Assembly (NCBI GenBank): GCA_010015805.1
Contig: ML978132.1
Location: 310,001 to 374,000, forward strand
DNA length: 64,000 nt
Direction of reading: 5' to 3'
Source of the DNA: Rhizodiscina lignyota
Lineage: Eukaryota
Shown here: one piece after another, positions 1 to 12,018 of the stretch
Position numbering within the stretch: position 1 is the stretch's first letter
How the letters are laid out: each line of letters opens with the position of its first letter
Position numbers and translations under genes: made by a program
Notes under the pieces: model-generated
What the model was told of the DNA's origin: nothing
The model's database searches: none
What the model saw: only the letters and a program-made list of their open reading frames with translations

Positions 1-887
1 TTCAGGATGCTGCAAACCTCGCATGGAAAGTGGCTATGGTTGAGAAAGGTATTGCAGCTCATTGAGACGCTCCCAGAAACTCGTTTTGACAGTCAACGGC
101 AGGATTGGCGGGAAAAGCGCTCCTCGATACATACTCGGGCGAACGGCAACCGGTCGGAGCTCAGGTCATTGAACGGTAATGAATCCAACAACATATCCCT
201 CAATTAGCTGCGGTTGAATTGACGATTCATTACAGTGCCAATACGTCTCTGCGGAATCACTTTCCAATCTTCGAGGCTCTCGGTTCCTTGAGCCCGTCGC
301 TTGCAGAGCGAAAGGAGCAATTTGCTATTTTAGACGAGAATTCGCACCGAGGCCGCGCGCAACGCCGGCAACTCATGGAGTCTATAGGCTTCGCATGTCA
401 TGAGTTTCTGGCGCACGGCTCGGATATGAGCCAGCGCTATGAATCGTCAGCGGTCTTCCTCCATGACGCCGGAGACCTGCCGGCGCCACCATCCAATCCA
501 GTGCTCTACCATGAGCCGCATACCTTCCCTGGAGTTCGGTTGCCACATGCTTGGCTGAACACCCCAATTCCGAAGCAACAGGTCTCGACAGTAGACCTTG
601 CTGGTAAAGGAAGGTTTGCACTCTTCACTGGCCATGGGGGAGAAGCGTGGCGAAGTGCTGCCGAAAAGGTCAAAGGAGGCCTCGGTATAGACATTGCGGT
701 ATATGCAGTGGGATATGGGCTTGAATATGAAGCGGTATACAACGATTGGTATCGCCTTAGGGAGGTCGACGAAGATGGTTGTGTTCTAGTTCGTCCAGAC
801 AATTTCATTGCTTGGAGAAGCGAGAATTTGGTCGGAGATTGCTCGGCGATTCTGCGACGAGTGTTGGAACACATTCTGGCGCTATAA
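1..887 (+). CDS. FAD-dependent aromatic monooxygenase (FAD_binding_3 / phenol hydroxylase type), 5'-truncated by the window edge
   Basis: With introns 49-102 and 176-235 removed, it reads QDAANLAWKVAMVEKGLAGKALLDTYSGERQPVG, the conserved post-GD motif. The C-terminal PGVRLPHAWL and GCVLVRPDNFIAWR segments are typical of this family. Confidence 0.9.
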
Positions 888-1307
888 ATACAAGTACATC
901 CATAGTCTTCCTCCTGAATGGTTTCTGTCGTCAATCCGTAAGATTTGAATTCCTGAGGCAACCATAATTTTCGATGTCTCTTGATAGGCGGTCGAATTCC
1001 CATGTCGGCATGCGGAGTAATTTCGCCGTGGTGCCCTGATGGATGAGAATAGAACGAGTAATCCTTGGTATAGAAATGTCTTCTCATCATCGAAATTTCG
1101 CAGTTTCAACGAAATTGGCACAGGAAACTCGTCACGTCTTCTTGCACGTTCCCAATGAGGACAAGTGCTGCTTACACTCGTCTGACCTAAGGTACTGAAG
1201 TTAGCAGGAGCAACCTGAACCAACAAAAGATTTGTCGAATTCAATGGCTTCTTTCTGTGCCTCTTGAGATTTCATCTTCATCGCAGACTCTTCAATCAAT
1301 CCGCAAT

Positions 1308-3559
1308 ATGCCTAAACCAGATCATTTGAGAAAAAGAAGCCGATATGTTGCGCAGGCGTGTGACCGATGCAAGACGGCAAAAGTGCGCTGTGATGGGGGT
1401 CTCCCCTGCGCATACTGTCGCGCACGAGACGCGGGCGGCTGTCGCTACAATACCGCACGATTTCCTATTCATGCACCGTCCAGGTAATGTACATTACTTA
1501 TACCAATGGATGGGGTGGAGAAAGATCATGCACTGATGGAGCAGCAGGGGAGGCGAAGAAAACATTGCCGTTCCAGCCTCAGTGTCCGCTCTGTTGCAAC
1601 AGCAGACTGAGAAATTAGACTTCTTGATTCAGCGCATGACGGTGCTGGACAAGGCCTCCAATGGCAATTTGCACCCCTCTTCAACTACCGATACAGGATT
1701 GTCAACACCAAAGCAGCCTTTGCCGTTATTCCAGAGCTCTACAAGCTCCTTTTTCTGCTTTGACCTGCTAGATACAAATTTGAAGCCCCGCGAGCATCAC
1801 ACGCCGGAGTCCGATCAGCTGCCATATCGAACTTCATTCTCCATTTTACAAGGGGAAATACTTGATGGCGAATCCAGCGTGATATCTGGAAATGAGTCTG
1901 AGGCAACCGGAAGTACTTCTTCTGGGGTCCACGACCCTATCGATGAGCTGGGCGGCTCTGACGTTGTTCGCCTAATGCATATTTATCAAGACATGATAGG
2001 GTTCATGTATCCAATCCTGGATTTCGGCCAACTTGTCCGTGCAGCAGAGAAGGTTTTTGGCACAGTCGCGTCAAGTCGAACGGATTTCCCTGGAGTCGTG
2101 AACCCTGGGCCCCCTCAGATGGATGGAAGCGATATGGCCTTACTGAAGATGATTATAGCGATTGCTCTTGCAGTCGAAAATGAAGCGCATGCTGCCCTGG
2201 CAGGCTACGTGTATCAAAGTCTTCGGCAAGACGTGGAAGCCATGGTGTGGAATACGAAGGTGGACCTCAAGGGACTGGTTCTACTGACTCTGGCGGTATG
2301 ACTCTCTATCTTTTGGATTGGCTGAAGCATTTTAATCTGAGCTAATGGTCTTTATCATAGAGCTTATACGATTTCAGTCGGAGCAAATGGCGCCTTGCCT
2401 GGCGATTGATCAGCAATCTCACCCGAATCATCCTCGAGCTGGGTTTAAATCGCTTAGTGGTCTTGGATCGCTCCTTTCCGGATCCGTCCGACCGCGCTCA
2501 GGCTGTTAATACCATTTGGACGGTCTACGTACTTGACCAACATCTTAGTTATGCACTGGGCCTTTCCATGGCCCTGCGTGACATGAATCTTGATCCTGCT
2601 TTTCCACCTCCAGTAAATTTCACGCCTTGGTAGAGCTCCATTCACTCGTGCTAATCCTGTTCAAACAGGTTGATGCTCCGTACCTAACCGGCATGATTGA
2701 ATACGCTCGTATTGGTGGACCAGCTTGTGACGACTTGCTGAGCGAAATTGGCAAACGTCGCTTAGAGCACGCCAAGTGGCAGGAAAGCTACGCTTTCTTT
2801 GAGTATAGACTCTCTCAATGGGAACAACGCATCGACAATGACTTTCAGCTTGCGGGAGACAGCGAACAGGTCAGCGAATCAAACCAATTACTACGGACAA
2901 TATTCCAATTGCGGGCCAATCATCTTCGGGTCCTGATTGCGCGCTCCTTCTTATGCGCGAATCTACGTACTGTTGCACCTCTGGATATCTGGGATACATC
3001 TGTCAACGTGGCTGCAAATACAATCCATATGTTGGCTCACCTCGATCACTCGGGCAAGACATACCGTTTCCAGCAGACACAATTCAACTACTTTCTCATC
3101 GCTTGCCTAGGCATTTTGCTGCTTACCGTCACGCAAGAATCGTCCAAAACGGCAGGGCCATCATCAAATGGGCAGCGAATACCAGTCTCTCCACCAACCC
3201 TCACCAAGGCCCAGCAGAGCGCGATGGTCGCATTGAACCTTATATACAGTCAATCAGAGTCATCACGGCATTCTCGGGGCTTGTGGGAGTGTGTTAGACG
3301 ATTAGCGTGTCGTCTAAACATTTCCGGCTATCTAATACCAAGTCCTCCCTCAGACTCAGCTTCTGGAATTGCAAACGGAATGCCAGAGACGGCAATTTCG
3401 CAAAGAGCGGGGACTTCGCCAGCAGGACTGGGGCAGACGGGCTCCGACTGGAATGAAAACATGTGTACTGCTGGGTCTGATAGCACATTTTCTCCATTTG
3501 ACTTCACAACCGATCTCGGGATCATCTTCGATAATTCATTCTTCAGTACCAACATGTAA
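1308..3559 (+). CDS. Zn(II)2Cys6 fungal transcription factor with fungal-specific TF (MHR) domain
   Basis: ACDRCKTAKVRCDGGLPCAYC..C cluster after the ATG at 1308. Multi-exon ORFs 1582-2301, 2406-2633 and 2627-3559 include the WTVYVLDQHLSYALG MHR motif. Confidence 0.9.
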
Positions 3560-3688
3560 GACCTTCATCGGCGCAATTCTGCTCGCACAGATGCTCAATG
3601 AAAGAAATCCACCAATTCGAACTACTTGTTGTCGCGGAATCATTCCTGTAATTACGATTACGAAAACAAGAGCGTTCACAACTGCCTC

Positions 3689-5563
3689 TTACGATCCGGC
3701 TCTTCTCCAGAATCGAATCAATGGCCCGTGGCGTCCTGCAGCCATGTGGTCGAGCAGCTTATATTCCACGATGTCAAGGTTATCTCCGAACCTATCGTCC
3801 TTTCCACCGCAAACATACTGCAGATCATATCTCCACACCGATCTCGCAAGGGCCAGATACAACTCGATCATAGCCAGTCTTTTACCAATACACTGTCGGG
3901 ACCCGTATGAGAACGGCGCCAGGGAATCCGAGCACCGGCTAACAACGTCCTCATTTGTACATTCAGGCAGCCATCGTTCGGGAATATAACGATGCGGCTC
4001 GAAGTAGACCTCATCATTGTGATGCAGTGCGTATATTGGCATTGACAGCTCCACCCCTGCAGGGAACGTCTCCCCTAAAACTGTGAGCCCCCCGGGCAGC
4101 ACTTCACGGGGTAATACTCCAGGTAGACTGGGGCTGATGCGGAGTGTTTCGTTCACTACGGCTTGGAGGTATTTGCAGTCATCAAGCTGTTGGCCTAATC
4201 GAATGTCGTCGAAGGACTTGAATTTCCCCCGAATTTCGCTCGCCAAACGGCTAAGGGTCTGAGGATTGTTGGTGAGATAGAAGAAGCTAGCTGCTAGCTG
4301 CGTAGCAGTCGTGTCAGAGCCTAAACACATTCATCAGCAAAGGACAATGGATACCGCCAGATTCAACAACTTGAATAAAGAAGGTTCTCCACCTTACCTC
4401 CAATGATTAGCGTTCTCGCCTCCGAAAACACTTCCCTGGGGTTGTCATATGCTGGCGCTCCATTCTTCTCCTTCGCATTGTCGATGTACCAAAAGAAATC
4501 CTTCCGGCTTGGATCAGCAGCCTTGCGCATTTGGGCTTGCTTTCTTGCATATATGAGCAATTGCGAGCCACGCTGGACAATCCCAGGGAAAAGGAGCTTG
4601 TCAAGGCCCCACTTGTGCATGAATGCACTACTTCCGGCCTAATGGTAATAGGAAAGTCAGGATCTGAGTCTGGCAACAGCTTCGCTCACTTACGAGTAGT
4701 TGACGGTGCAGGGCAGAGTCGATGACAAGCGGAAGATCTTGATTCTCCCTTCCACTGACCATCCCAAAATCCCTACCAAACACCAAATCTCCCATAATAT
4801 CGAACGTCAAATAATTCGACCACTTGGCCAGATCCGTCGTCCAGCATTCCCCAGCCCCTTGGTATATCTGCTGCCCCGAAGCTACCTCTAAAGCTTCATC
4901 GATATGCGGGAGAATGTACTGCTCCATCGAGCGCAGCGAAGCTTCGGTGAACGCTGGGGCGAGGATGCGTCGCTTGCGAGCATGCAAATCTCTATCTCGA
5001 GCGTTGAACATGTTTTCGAGTCCGGCATGTGCGATGGCAGGTTGGTAGAATTGTGATTTTCGTACGTTCTTGTTGACTCCGTATATTTCTGTCATTCAGC
5101 GTCAATATCAATCCACTAATCCAATTTCCGCGCTCTACTACCTTTGATGGCTTCTGGGTCATTTATTGTGACCATGTTGGGAGCCATGCGAACAAATTTG
5201 CCTGACCATCGTAAGCTTTCATTGTCTTCTTACATGTTCATGACTCTGCCGCACCATATTTTTTATGAGCCCAGTAGTTCTGCAAATGCTTGTCCCCAAT
5301 GTATGCATGGTATACTGCATACCAATTTGTGATTCTGGCTAGAAACGGCCCGGGATACTTGGCCAAGGGGTGAAAATACAGTCTGTAAAGGACAAGCACT
5401 GTCAACTGTTCAAAGTCATAAGAAAATCTGTAACATGCGATTATTATTGGCTGCCTCAACTCACATATAGTATAAGCAAAAGAAATGGAAAAGAAAACTG
5501 CAATATTAGAGGAAGCTGGAGCAACTGCTCTGCCCAGCGTATCACTTGTGAATGGAGATACAT
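3689..5563 (-). CDS. Cytochrome P450 monooxygenase
   Basis: N-terminal anchor plus [11 protein letters not shown]-helix GSDTTA, ExxR (ETLR), PERW and heme-binding [10 protein letters not shown] across several exons. The start is either 5563 or an in-frame ATG at 5722. Confidence 0.93.
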
Positions 5564-5767
5564 TGATGAAGGCCACGTAAGTATGATTGATGCAGTCCAC
5601 GCAAAGAGCAGGACTGACGAGCAGATAGAAATTGAATAGATATGTCTGTTTGAGAAGTACGGTATTCGGAAGCCATCTACTTCCGCGTTGAATTTCACAT
5701 ACTGACCCAGGCCAGGCGTCATGCAGACCGTGCATTACCCCTCAAAATCAAAGTCTCACATCTAATT

Positions 5768-5921
5768 CCGAGAATGCCTGTGGGTTTCTTCAACAAACAA
5801 ACAAGATCAGCAGGACCCAGAATGAAGAGAGGAAAACATTTGATTAGATGTAGCCGACAATGCTGTGTAAACATTCGCAACGTTCCGAGAACGTTCCGGA
5901 TCCGACAATGCTCGACAATGC
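5768..5921. promoter_or_regulatory. Cluster of five (C/T)CGA(C/G)AA(T/C)G direct repeats upstream of the P450, candidate Zn2Cys6 sites
   Basis: ccgagaatgc 5768, ccgacaatgc 5854, ccgagaacgt 5885, ccgacaatgc 5902, tcgacaatgc 5912. Confidence 0.4.
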
Positions 5922-6548
5922 GCTTCCTTTCCGCTGTCACACTGTGCCGAGCCTTTCATGAATAGATGGCATTCAGAATTGTGCTTCTGTTGCTGCTAAT
6001 TGGAACTCTTTCGGCTTGGGATCTCTTGAATGTCGGGATACATTGTGGCAACCCGAGAATTCAAGGATATCGGTGGAGGCTGCTCGTATTTAACCTAAAT
6101 CCCAAATGCCATTTCGGCTAGTAGGCCGACCTTAACACCATTTGAAGAGAGGGAAATGTACGAACCTAGCGTTCTAGCGAGTTAGCTTAACCATAAGTTC
6201 GCCCTGCTAGTAACTGGAGTTATAATTCAGCTAGTGGTACGTTTGAATGCGGCGTTCGATCCGTTTGACCCATCCGAGGCATTGATAATGTACTGCTAGA
6301 AGCAACTTCTATGAAAGTTGAAGCAGAACCGTTCCGGATATTACGTTTAGCATCAGAGGTGATCCTCTCTTCCACCAGACTTTCAGATATGCCCAACGCA
6401 GGTAGTTGACTGGTTGGTCTCGCATCAGGTCTCATCCCATTTCTGTTGAAGTTTAATTGGCCATCTGGACATTTTGCCGCTCTCTGAACAATTTTCGGTG
6501 CGACTGATTCATCCGAGGAGAAGCCTAGTAAAACTATATATCTAGCAT

Positions 6549-7185
6549 ACTATGGGTTAAGCTCGCCAAATATCATGGCCCCATTCTCATGCCAATGGAT
6601 CGTTTCTTTGCTGCGTCCAGAGGGTAGTCGTTTTGAGAATGCTTGTATGCGATCGCAGCCACAGCAGTGTTTGTCCTGTTGAGAGCAAGGTGCGAAAATA
6701 TCTCCAGAGTGTTGCTATTTTAGATTAGGTGTCACTGAAATTCCTCCCTGAAGGTATGGATGGTTGTCGGAGAGTGTTTTCAGCGTTGAGACTGGCATTG
6801 CGAGTAGGTGTTTTCCTGGGGGCAGTCGCCGGAATTTTGGACAGAGTCGTGAGTCGTCCATCGTTAGTAGCACTTCGCCAAATTTACTTCCGACAACGAC
6901 CGAAGCGTTGATCTCTTTGGCATACTTTGGCCATGTTCCACAAGTCCTCTCAAGCTTCACATGGCGCGGAATCACTTTCTTCTGCATCTTTATTAAGTTC
7001 ATGTATTCCTACGCGAACATTGCCCTTCTTCTATATCTTTTTCTTTATCTTAAAGATCCTCTAGCTCTTCGAAAAGCTCATCAAAGCGATTCTTGAAAAA
7101 TATATCTTTACGGTCCGCAGGCGCCAAGTTGAGCTCATGGCCAGAACCTACAACCGCGTTTACGTTCTTGAGAGTCGTGCGCATT
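6549..7185 (-). pseudogene. Degraded fragment of a fungal-specific protein family (often labelled 'pfs domain' hypothetical)
   Basis: Reads A*EYMNLIK..LERTCGTWPKYAKEINASVVVGSKFGEVL..LCPKFRRLPPGKHLLAMPVSTL..LK*QH..FAPC..CGCDRIQ..GAMIFG. TAG stops at 7009-7011 and 6715-6717 fall where I recall Trp in this family; there is also a TAA at 7050-7052 and a frame break. Confidence 0.55.
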
Positions 7186-7240
7186 GTGCGCTGCTTGTGA
7201 CAACACAGTGTGGCTGAGAGTGTCTCGTAGTTTTATGAAA

Positions 7241-7995
7241 TTATGGCTTCCTTGCCTGCAATGCAGCCAGGAAAGCATCTACAGAGGCGACGGGATAATT
7301 CCACTGGATCGCATGATCCGTCGCCCTGTTCCCCTTAATAGTAACAATGCCTATGTCTTTCCAGACATCTACTCTAACGGGCGTATTGACTTGCAAAGCG
7401 TAGTTAGCGGCTTCGTTATCTATTATAGTTCGCGATGATTGGAGTTTTCCATCCACTGGCGTCCCTGTACCTGTTGAAGCCGCCACAGCCTCCTCTTTGG
7501 AGAGGACATCAATATCGTCTTAGGTGAGTGTGACCGTGCCATCGGCTATCAAGTTAAGCTTCTGCCAATCCAAATTCATGACGGGGCCACGTAGCGTTAC
7601 GAGGTCGCCCTTCCAATAGCTTGGAGATTCTCAGTGCATGGCCAGAACCAAGCTTCTCATTTTACAGCTTGTTCATCGCCTCTACTGTTGTAATATTAAC
7701 TTGAACAGCCTTCCCGACGCCTCGAATGAGCCCCACGTTGGAGAGCAGCATGGGTATGATTAGGTTCAGTCTGGTAATTTCTAGATCGCGCATGATGCTT
7801 TCAAGTTTTTCCTCGATCTAGTCGCCGACAAATGGCGTGAATTTTATTGCTCCAAGATGCTTCATTGCAGCGGCAACTTTTCGGAGATATGGAATCTCCA
7901 GCGCTGGAAAAATGTCTGCCGGAGATAATTGACTGTCATTACATACGAGCAAAGAGATATCTGCATCATTTTCAGATTTTGCCCCTTTAGGTCGA
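7241..7995 (-). pseudogene. Pseudogene: helical N-terminal domain plus C-terminal two-fold amyloid-like pseudo-repeat
   Basis: One continuous frame after removing GT-AG intron 7600-7546 (CTTAAC branch-like site). It is interrupted only by TAG 7820-7818, TAA 7664-7662 and TAA 7522-7520. The C-terminus is TIIDNEAANYALQVNTPV...TIKGNRATDHAIQWNYPV. Confidence 0.65.
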
Positions 7996-8285
7996 GATAT
8001 TTCCTAAAACGGTAGGTACCCCTGACAGGGCAGCGAACGTCGCTTACAGATCATAATGCATTAAGCTGATGCGAACGCCAAACCATTGGCCAAGTAATAG
8101 ATGGATCCTCAACTTGCACGGCCACCGGAAGAGCCTGATAAATGTATAGATACCGAGACGACAGTCCCTACGTATTAAGTACATCAAAGTCAATTCCCAA
8201 GACCTCACAAATAGCAAACGAGATTTTAGTTCTATCTGGATCTAATATTCCGCAATTTTTTCAACCTCTTCTCTTCTCCTTCATC

Positions 8286-8927
8286 ATGCACAGCATTATC
8301 TCGCCAGCAGTCCTGTACTGGGGCACACCAGTAATTCTCATAACCACCGAAAACGAAGACGGCACCCACAACATCAGCGGCATGTCCTCCGCCTGGTGGT
8401 TCGCCGATCGCTGCGTGCTCGGCCTGTTGGCCATGTCCCAAACAACGCAGAACATGCTTCGAACCAAGAAATGTGTTCTCAACCTCCCTTCTCAAGACAT
8501 GACACCACATATCAATCTCCTCTCCCGCACAACTGGTACCAATCCAGTTCCGGAATACAAAGCGAGTCTCGGGTACACGTATGTTAAAGACAAGTTTGGG
8601 CACGCGAAACTCACGCCGCAGAAATCGGATCTTGTTGGATCACCGAGGATTCGCGAGTGTCCGGTGCAGATGGAGGCTGAAGTGGTGGACTGGCATGAGA
8701 TGATGTCAGACTTGCCTGATCGGAAGGGGCTGATGCTGTCGATTGAGGTGAAGACTTTGAGGGTTCATATGCTGGACGAACTCCGCTTGGAGGGGCATGA
8801 GAATAGGATTGATACGGACAAGTGGCATCCGCTTTTCATGGTGTTCTCGGAGTATTATGGGAGGAGTGAGAAGAAGTTGGAGGAGTCTGATCTTGCTAAG
8901 ATTGATGAGGAGAATTATCGTTTGTAA
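8286..8927 (+). CDS. Flavin reductase-like FMN-binding (split barrel) protein
   Basis: Intronless ORF MHSIISPAVLYWGTPVILITTENEDGTHNISGMSSAWW..CVLNLP..PRIRECPVQMEA, characteristic of Flavin_Reduct proteins. Confidence 0.85.
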   Translation: MHSIISPAVLYWGTPVILITTENEDGTHNISGMSSAWWFADRCVLGLLAMSQTTQNMLRTKKCVLNLPSQDMTPHINLLSRTTGTNPVPEYKASLGYTYVKDKFGHAKLTPQKSDLVGSPRIRECPVQMEAEVVDWHEMMSDLPDRKGLMLSIEVKTLRVHMLDELRLEGHENRIDTDKWHPLFMVFSEYYGRSEKKLEESDLAKIDEENYRL

Positions 8928-9052
8928 GACATGTAAGAAAGCTGTTCAGCTCAGTCATAAAGCGTAAACGAATACGTTACGCCACTTCTGTATCGTTAAC
9001 CAATCCAAAGATGTTCCGAGTAATCCATGGCAGCATATCTTCGAACTGTATG

Positions 9053-9897
9053 TCACAGGTGGTGGACACCATTGCCATCATCATCATTGGCCGAATATTC
9101 GTCGCTATCTTCTGGTCCAGGCAGTCCATATATCCACAAACGTTCAGGGCCTGTGAACCTCTTCCACACAGGGGATGGCTCGCATGATAGCCGAATGTCC
9201 ATCAAATGGGTGATCTTTTGTTGCGCGTATTCCAACGACAAGCCCCTTGTAACAGACTCTGACCCAATCTCTTTCATAGTCCGCACAAACATTTTGGTGA
9301 ACCTCGAGTTGCGTCCATCGTAGGTTACTTCGTTCTCACCACAAGCTGCAAGCAATTCGATTATCCGGTTGTTGGCGGCTGTTGAATGAGCTGGAATAGT
9401 TGCAATCTGATCTTCGATAACTGCTCCGGCTGCTGCAGCATAACAAGCGCTCGTAATGACGAGTACATGCGCTTTAGTTTGGCGTAGGACGCAGCCCAGG
9501 ACGTTATGAAAGCTGATATTGATCCAGTTCCTATCGCCTTTGCTACACAATTATCAGCATTGCGGGAAAGCGAAAGACACACAACCTGGTCTTACGCTGT
9601 CCACCAAAAGTCCTCTACGTTCCCTTTGGAGTCCCTACTACAACATCCGTGCCCACTGTAATATAAAACAATGAGCGCATCTTCAGCCTCTCCATACGAT
9701 TGTGCAACTGTGCCAACAACTTCCAACATATGTTCCTCGCAAATTTTATCAGAGTAGCGTGGAATTTGAACCATCACAGCTTTGTGTCGCAGCCTATCTG
9801 TAACAAAGCTCTGTAACTCGAGCATATCTTGCTTTGCACATTCGTCTTTGTCTGCGAATTGGAACAAAAGCCAGAACGCCTGAGTGTATTGCTGCAT
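9053..9897 (-). CDS. Caspase-like (clan CD / peptidase C14-related) fungal protein
   Basis: Two exons (intron 9595-9543). LIVLYYSGHG (His-Gly), VLVITSACYAAAA (Cys in the DxC position), IELLAAC and SRFTKMF match the short fungal caspase-like family. Confidence 0.6.
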
Positions 9898-10399
9898 TTT
9901 TGGCTCTTCCAACTTGAGGACTGCCAGATGAGGAGCGTGAATGTGTGCAGGTAGCTGGCGGATACGTCCACGGACTCTACGCCACCTATCCGCGAGTATC
10001 TCGGCAGGTTTCATGCTACACCCAGTTAGCAAAGTTCTCAAGACTCCGAATAGTTATCATAAACTCACAATTCGCAGCCTCCGGTACTTGCTAGAGCAGC
10101 AAGAAATGAGAGAAATTATCCAAATTCCGAAGTCTCGTATAAGAGTATAAAAGACAAGTTGCTGAATGAAATTCGTTAAGATCAGCGAGAACAAGGAAAC
10201 ATCGAATTTATACGCCCGTGGACCAAGTGGCTTGCATTCACGAATGGTTGTGAAGGCGACGACCGCTACGCAAACCCGCTGGCGCCAACGAATACGTTAT
10301 GCCGCTGGAGATACGCTCCAATTAACGCAGAGTTCAAAGTAGCATAAATGCGCTTAACAAGTCGGTCCTGTCAAGGGGTATCAGAGAGTCAATATTTGA

Positions 10400-11492
10400 T
10401 TACATACACTCAAGAACAACGGTCTCTTCTGGGTGGATGGGTCTCCCCAGCTTCACAACTCCCTTCTTGCTCTTCAGCTCCATCACGATATTGAACAGCG
10501 ACTCGCTGCCGCTCTCGCCCTCATACTTCCTGCAGATTGCGGCCGGGTAGTGTGTCTCGTCCTCGAACAGCTTGCTGAACTCCTCCCATGAGGGCTCCTC
10601 AACCTTTGTCTTCAGCTTCTGCGTCAACTCTCCCATCGTCGCGACTCGGAGCGGAGAGTCCTTCAACCAACCTGGCTCGTAGACGTCCGGGTGAGGCGCA
10701 AGCAGGTGATTCGAGTGGATCACACAATCGTTCAGATCCATCGGTAGTCTTGCGAACGTCGTTGCTGTGAACTCGAATCCAATGCCTTCATTCTCGTCGG
10801 CAATCAAGATATGTGCGGAGCTCGCCATGCCGATTGCCTCCATTTTATCCGTCGCCTCCTTCGCCGACTGGGACTCCAATGCCATTCTCAATCCAAGATG
10901 CACTGGGAGCCTCGACGCATCGCATCCTCTCGCCCTAATTGCATTGAGACAGACTCCCACACCGCGCTCATTGAAACCGATCTTGCCAATGATGCCTGCT
11001 TCCGTAATCATTGCGAACGATGGTCGCCCATCGTTGGACTTGACTCTCAAAATGATGAGGTTCTTCTTCTGCTCAGGCATCCAATCCCAATTCTGGCCCA
11101 ACCACGCTCTTTTCTCGCCATGCCAGCTCACACTCGTGCAGCCATCGCTGAATTGGCCGAAAGCAATCTCGGTCCTCACATTCAGCGCAACGATGTCGAG
11201 AATGTCCCGCTCCGCGCCCTCCGCAATGCCTTGAATTTCTTCATAGTACTGTGGCCATTGCGATTTGATAGTCTCTCCAAAGCTTCGGGCCGTCTCTTGG
11301 ACTTGGGGCCAGCTCTGCTTGCTGTTCTTTACGAACAGCTTCGCGTAAAAGTCAATGCACCGCTCGACTTCAACTTTCGCAGCTGAACCGTGCTTGTAGC
11401 CGATCTATATGGGGTTAGTGGAAGATAAAAGGTGGCTGGGAAGGATTTCAGCAAACCTCATATGGAGTTCCCGTGCAATCGACGCTCAACAT
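10400..11492 (-). CDS. Peptidase C45 / acyl-CoA:6-APA acyltransferase-like Ntn hydrolase (IAT/IAL-like)
   Basis: MLSVDCTGTPYE|IGYKHGSAAK (intron 11456-11405), WPQYYEEIQGIA, NVRTEIAFG, autocleavage site DG|CTS, GQNWDW and ITEAGIIGKIGFN, all closely paralleling penicillin IAT. No C-terminal PTS1 (ends LECM). Confidence 0.92.
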
Positions 11493-11625
11493 CTTTCCGG
11501 TGATATTACGTCTTTGGATGTGGAATATTTTTACTTTCAATTTGTCTTCAATTAATGCAATATCAAAGCGTCCTTCCCAACCTACGTACTCTGCGCAATA
11601 GATCAACCCTTTCAGGTAGCTTCGG

Positions 11626-11639
11626 AACGGCCCAGCCGA
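11626..11639 (+). promoter_or_regulatory. Candidate Zn2Cys6 site AACGG-N5-CCGA in the C45/deacetylase divergent promoter
   Basis: AACGGCCCAGCCGA; 12/14 identical to the site at 14517-14530. Confidence 0.5.
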
Positions 11640-12018
11640 GAAGTTGCGCTCAGAGCCGACGCCACTGAGGAGAATAGCGGGTTGACGCGCAGCTAATCGT
11701 CGAGCTCCACCTTCTCCCGAGAGACCCTGCATGAACTGCCGATTGTCTGCAGTCAACTGACGGCGCGTAAATCCGGTGAGAATGAGATAGTCCAGCCATA
11801 GACGCGTCTGTGGGCGTCGCGACGCCTTTCTCTCGCTTCCCACTGTCTGGATCAGGTCGAGCTCGGGTTAGCTCGGTGACGCTTGTTGCGGAGTTGAAAG
11901 CGTAGGTACTCTATGCCTTGATAAAGAAGCACGAGATTGCCCCTCGCCCAAAGATCAGAGTCAATTGCAAGCTCCAAGCTCCCCCAGGCCCCAAACGCGA
12001 AAGATTGAAAGCTACAAA

